A DNA stretch of 64,000 bases from Phoronis australis (taxonomy: Eukaryota; Animalia; Phoronida): the NCBI GenBank assembly GCA_002633005.1, contig NMRA01000065.1:983066-1047065 (forward strand), given 5' to 3'. This document shows positions 61,624 through 64,000 of the stretch, piece after piece. Position 1 is the stretch's first letter, and the number at the start of each line of letters is the position of its first letter. The position numbers and the translations under genes are program-made. Below the pieces are notes generated by a model that had not been told where the DNA came from, did not search any database, and worked only from the letters and a program-made list of their open reading frames with translations.

Positions 61624-64000
61624 GTAAGTGCATGGTGTCTATTGTCTATAGTGGTTGTCATGTGACTCGTGATTCCCATCTGGTTGGTTAACGTAATGAG
61701 TTTCACGCAGTCCATGACTCTCTTGCGGCTTTTCATTCAAGTTTTCTGGACATTTAATGAATTTTATGTGGTCTTTTAAAACTCATTGAAAGCACACTTC
61801 TCAATTGTCATGAAGAATTTGTAAAATATGACTGTACAAATATGACTGTAGAAATATGACTGTACTTTCCTAGTGAAGTATGTATTGGTTGCAGGTGCAT
61901 CAGCTTTCTTGCTTCTCGTAATAGTATTTCAAAAAAAAAAAATTTTTTGTGGTCAGTTCTTATTTTTCACTGCATAAAATTGAAGTTCTGTATTTTTGCT
62001 TAGCAAACTGTCTTTTCACGGTACAAACATGTAATTTTCAACGATTTCAGTTTGTGTTGCAAGGCACTGCCATGCACACTCAAGATCTGAGCATGGTCCA
62101 TTCTGATATGAGCCGTGTGTACCTGGCACATCTGGGTGATCTTGCTCTGACCAGTGGACATATTTTAAAAGTAAATTTAGCCAACATTAAACTGCCTGAT
62201 TTTCCTGGCTCTATAAACTGAATAGCACTATAGTAGTATTTTAGTTGTACTGGTACAGTTAGTTTTTGTGCTTTTACGAGAACTTGTCTGGCTAATAACA
62301 AAATCCTTGGTTGTACTATAGTGAGCATCATTTCTTTTGAATCGATCTCTCTCGAAATGGGTTTTAGAAATGTTTAAACTTGAGATAAAACTGTAACGAG
62401 AAGACTTGAATCGAGGCCATCAATTGTGTTCAAGCCATACTACACTCCAGGTGTGGGGCAAAACCATTTGGTCAAATGCTGCGAACACCCTAAGAGACTA
62501 ATCAAACAGAAATTCTTTAAATCAACTAAAATGCCGCGGGATTTTGCAGACCGGCATGAACAGATTTTTGTATAAACATTTCCGCTATTGGTCTCGCTCA
62601 TTCCAGCTTTTGTGACTGGAATCTTAAATCAAATATTTGACTACTTCTGGCGTCAAAGCTTGATACTGTGAGCGTAAGTGTATAAAGGCTTTGAGCTGTG
62701 TCCACTTCTCTAAAGTGAACGTCCAAAGAAGGTGTCCGAGGTAAATTTGTATTTTTTTATGGTGAACTCCAGTCCCTGATCGATGAGTTTCCACAATTGG
62801 TACTTTTTACCTGTAATTATCTGTCCTAGACAGGGTCATTGATGTCGTGGAACCCTAATTATTGCCTTGCACCCCCACCTTGACAACAGGAGACACAATG
62901 TACTCAGACTGACATTGCCTGTGAGGTGCTGGTTTTCCACCTTTCTGTGAACGCCCTAGTAGCAGTATTGGCTTGCAAGACCAATCCCTGATGTGTCCCA
63001 GAATTGACGATTTGCATCTCATCAGCATATGTATGAGCCAACAATTTTTCCACAATGTTGCTTGGTGAGGTATGTTTACCTTAAAGCCTTCATGATGTCA
63101 TAGACAAATGAACTCACAGAACAAGTGTCACTGGAGGATCCAAATATTTTGGTCTTGATTGAAAAAGCTTTTTCACCGTCTCTAGACGAGGTAGAGTAAA
63201 CTAGTTCAACTATGCGTATTTAGAAACTGTGTTCTTCCTGTTGCAAACCTACCCAGTCATCTATCTGCAATTTATGTCTGCAGCAGGAAAAGCAGTCTCT
63301 GAGTAGGTGTCACTTTACCCTATTTTGATCTTGATTATTTCTGGTCCCTTCTGGTTAATACTGAATGATTTATTTCCTGAGCTTTGTTTTTTGAATTTCC
63401 TCTGATAATACTGGTTTAGCTGTCGTCACGTCAAAGTTAAATAACTTACGATTCTTGATAACAATGATTTTTGCAGTGTGGTTGTATTCCTTGTGTTAAT
63501 GGAAACAAAGAACAAGATTTGTCTTGACTTGGGGATACAAAGTCTGTTGAAGCCATTTTGAGAGTAGAAACAAATGACTGCAGTAAACTCTCACCAAATT
63601 CGGTCAAAAACATTGGTTAAAAACTGGCCTCGTCTCATTTTCTAAGGTTTTCAGCTATATCCCGAATGTCCATAATTTCTCAAAAACTTTGACGCTAGCA
63701 TTGTAGCACAAAACCTAAAAAGTGCATAGCATTCCGGTGTTGATTACATTCTGAAAAATGATTTTTTCTTGTTTACCCTGTTCACTGTTACAGCAGCACA
63801 CGATGGTAGTTTTTAATGTCATTAGCATGTTGTCCCAAAATGCATTTGTGATACCAGTTTGGTTTTATGTTCTTTTTCAGAGAATAAAACTACCTGTCAT
63901 ATCATGTCCGCTTCATTAGTTCTGCAAATACCGTGATGTCTAAAATGCGCTCTTCAATGGCTGTGTGATAAAAATAGGGCATTTATATTTATTTACCACG

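Overview
Eukaryotic (AT-rich, invertebrate-type metazoan) draft-assembly window with spliceosomal genes, many non-autonomous transposons and N gaps; nearly all entries in the ORF track are spurious. The left half holds three genes that I rebuilt by hand from splice sites. (1) The 5' end of probable separase ESPL1 (- strand; exons 6917-6985, 1435-1695, <1-171). (2) Complete CFAP410/C21orf2 (+; join 7363-7442,10954-11019,12537-12760,13328-13496,14116-14203,14984-15091; 244 aa), head-to-head with ESPL1. (3) Complete HUS1 (-; join 29468-29519,26943-27070,25239-25415,24129-24236,22970-23044,21964-22063,20769-20912,19580-19665; 289 aa), convergent with CFAP410 and with exon 1 present twice around a gap. 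The right half is mostly repeats plus scattered phase-1 exon candidates of an unidentified + strand gene. The most notable items are a complete 540-bp TRIM whose LTRs carry a tRNA-like Pol III promoter (tRNA-Ser PBS, PPT, 4-bp TSD) inside a multi-layer transposon nest, a Hub1/UBL5-binding HIND-like motif in CFAP410, a CDE/CHR+CCAAT+uORF bidirectional promoter, a TIR element carrying an inverted copy of the neighbouring intron, an isolated 18S rRNA 5' fragment, and a pair of abutting perfect hairpins.
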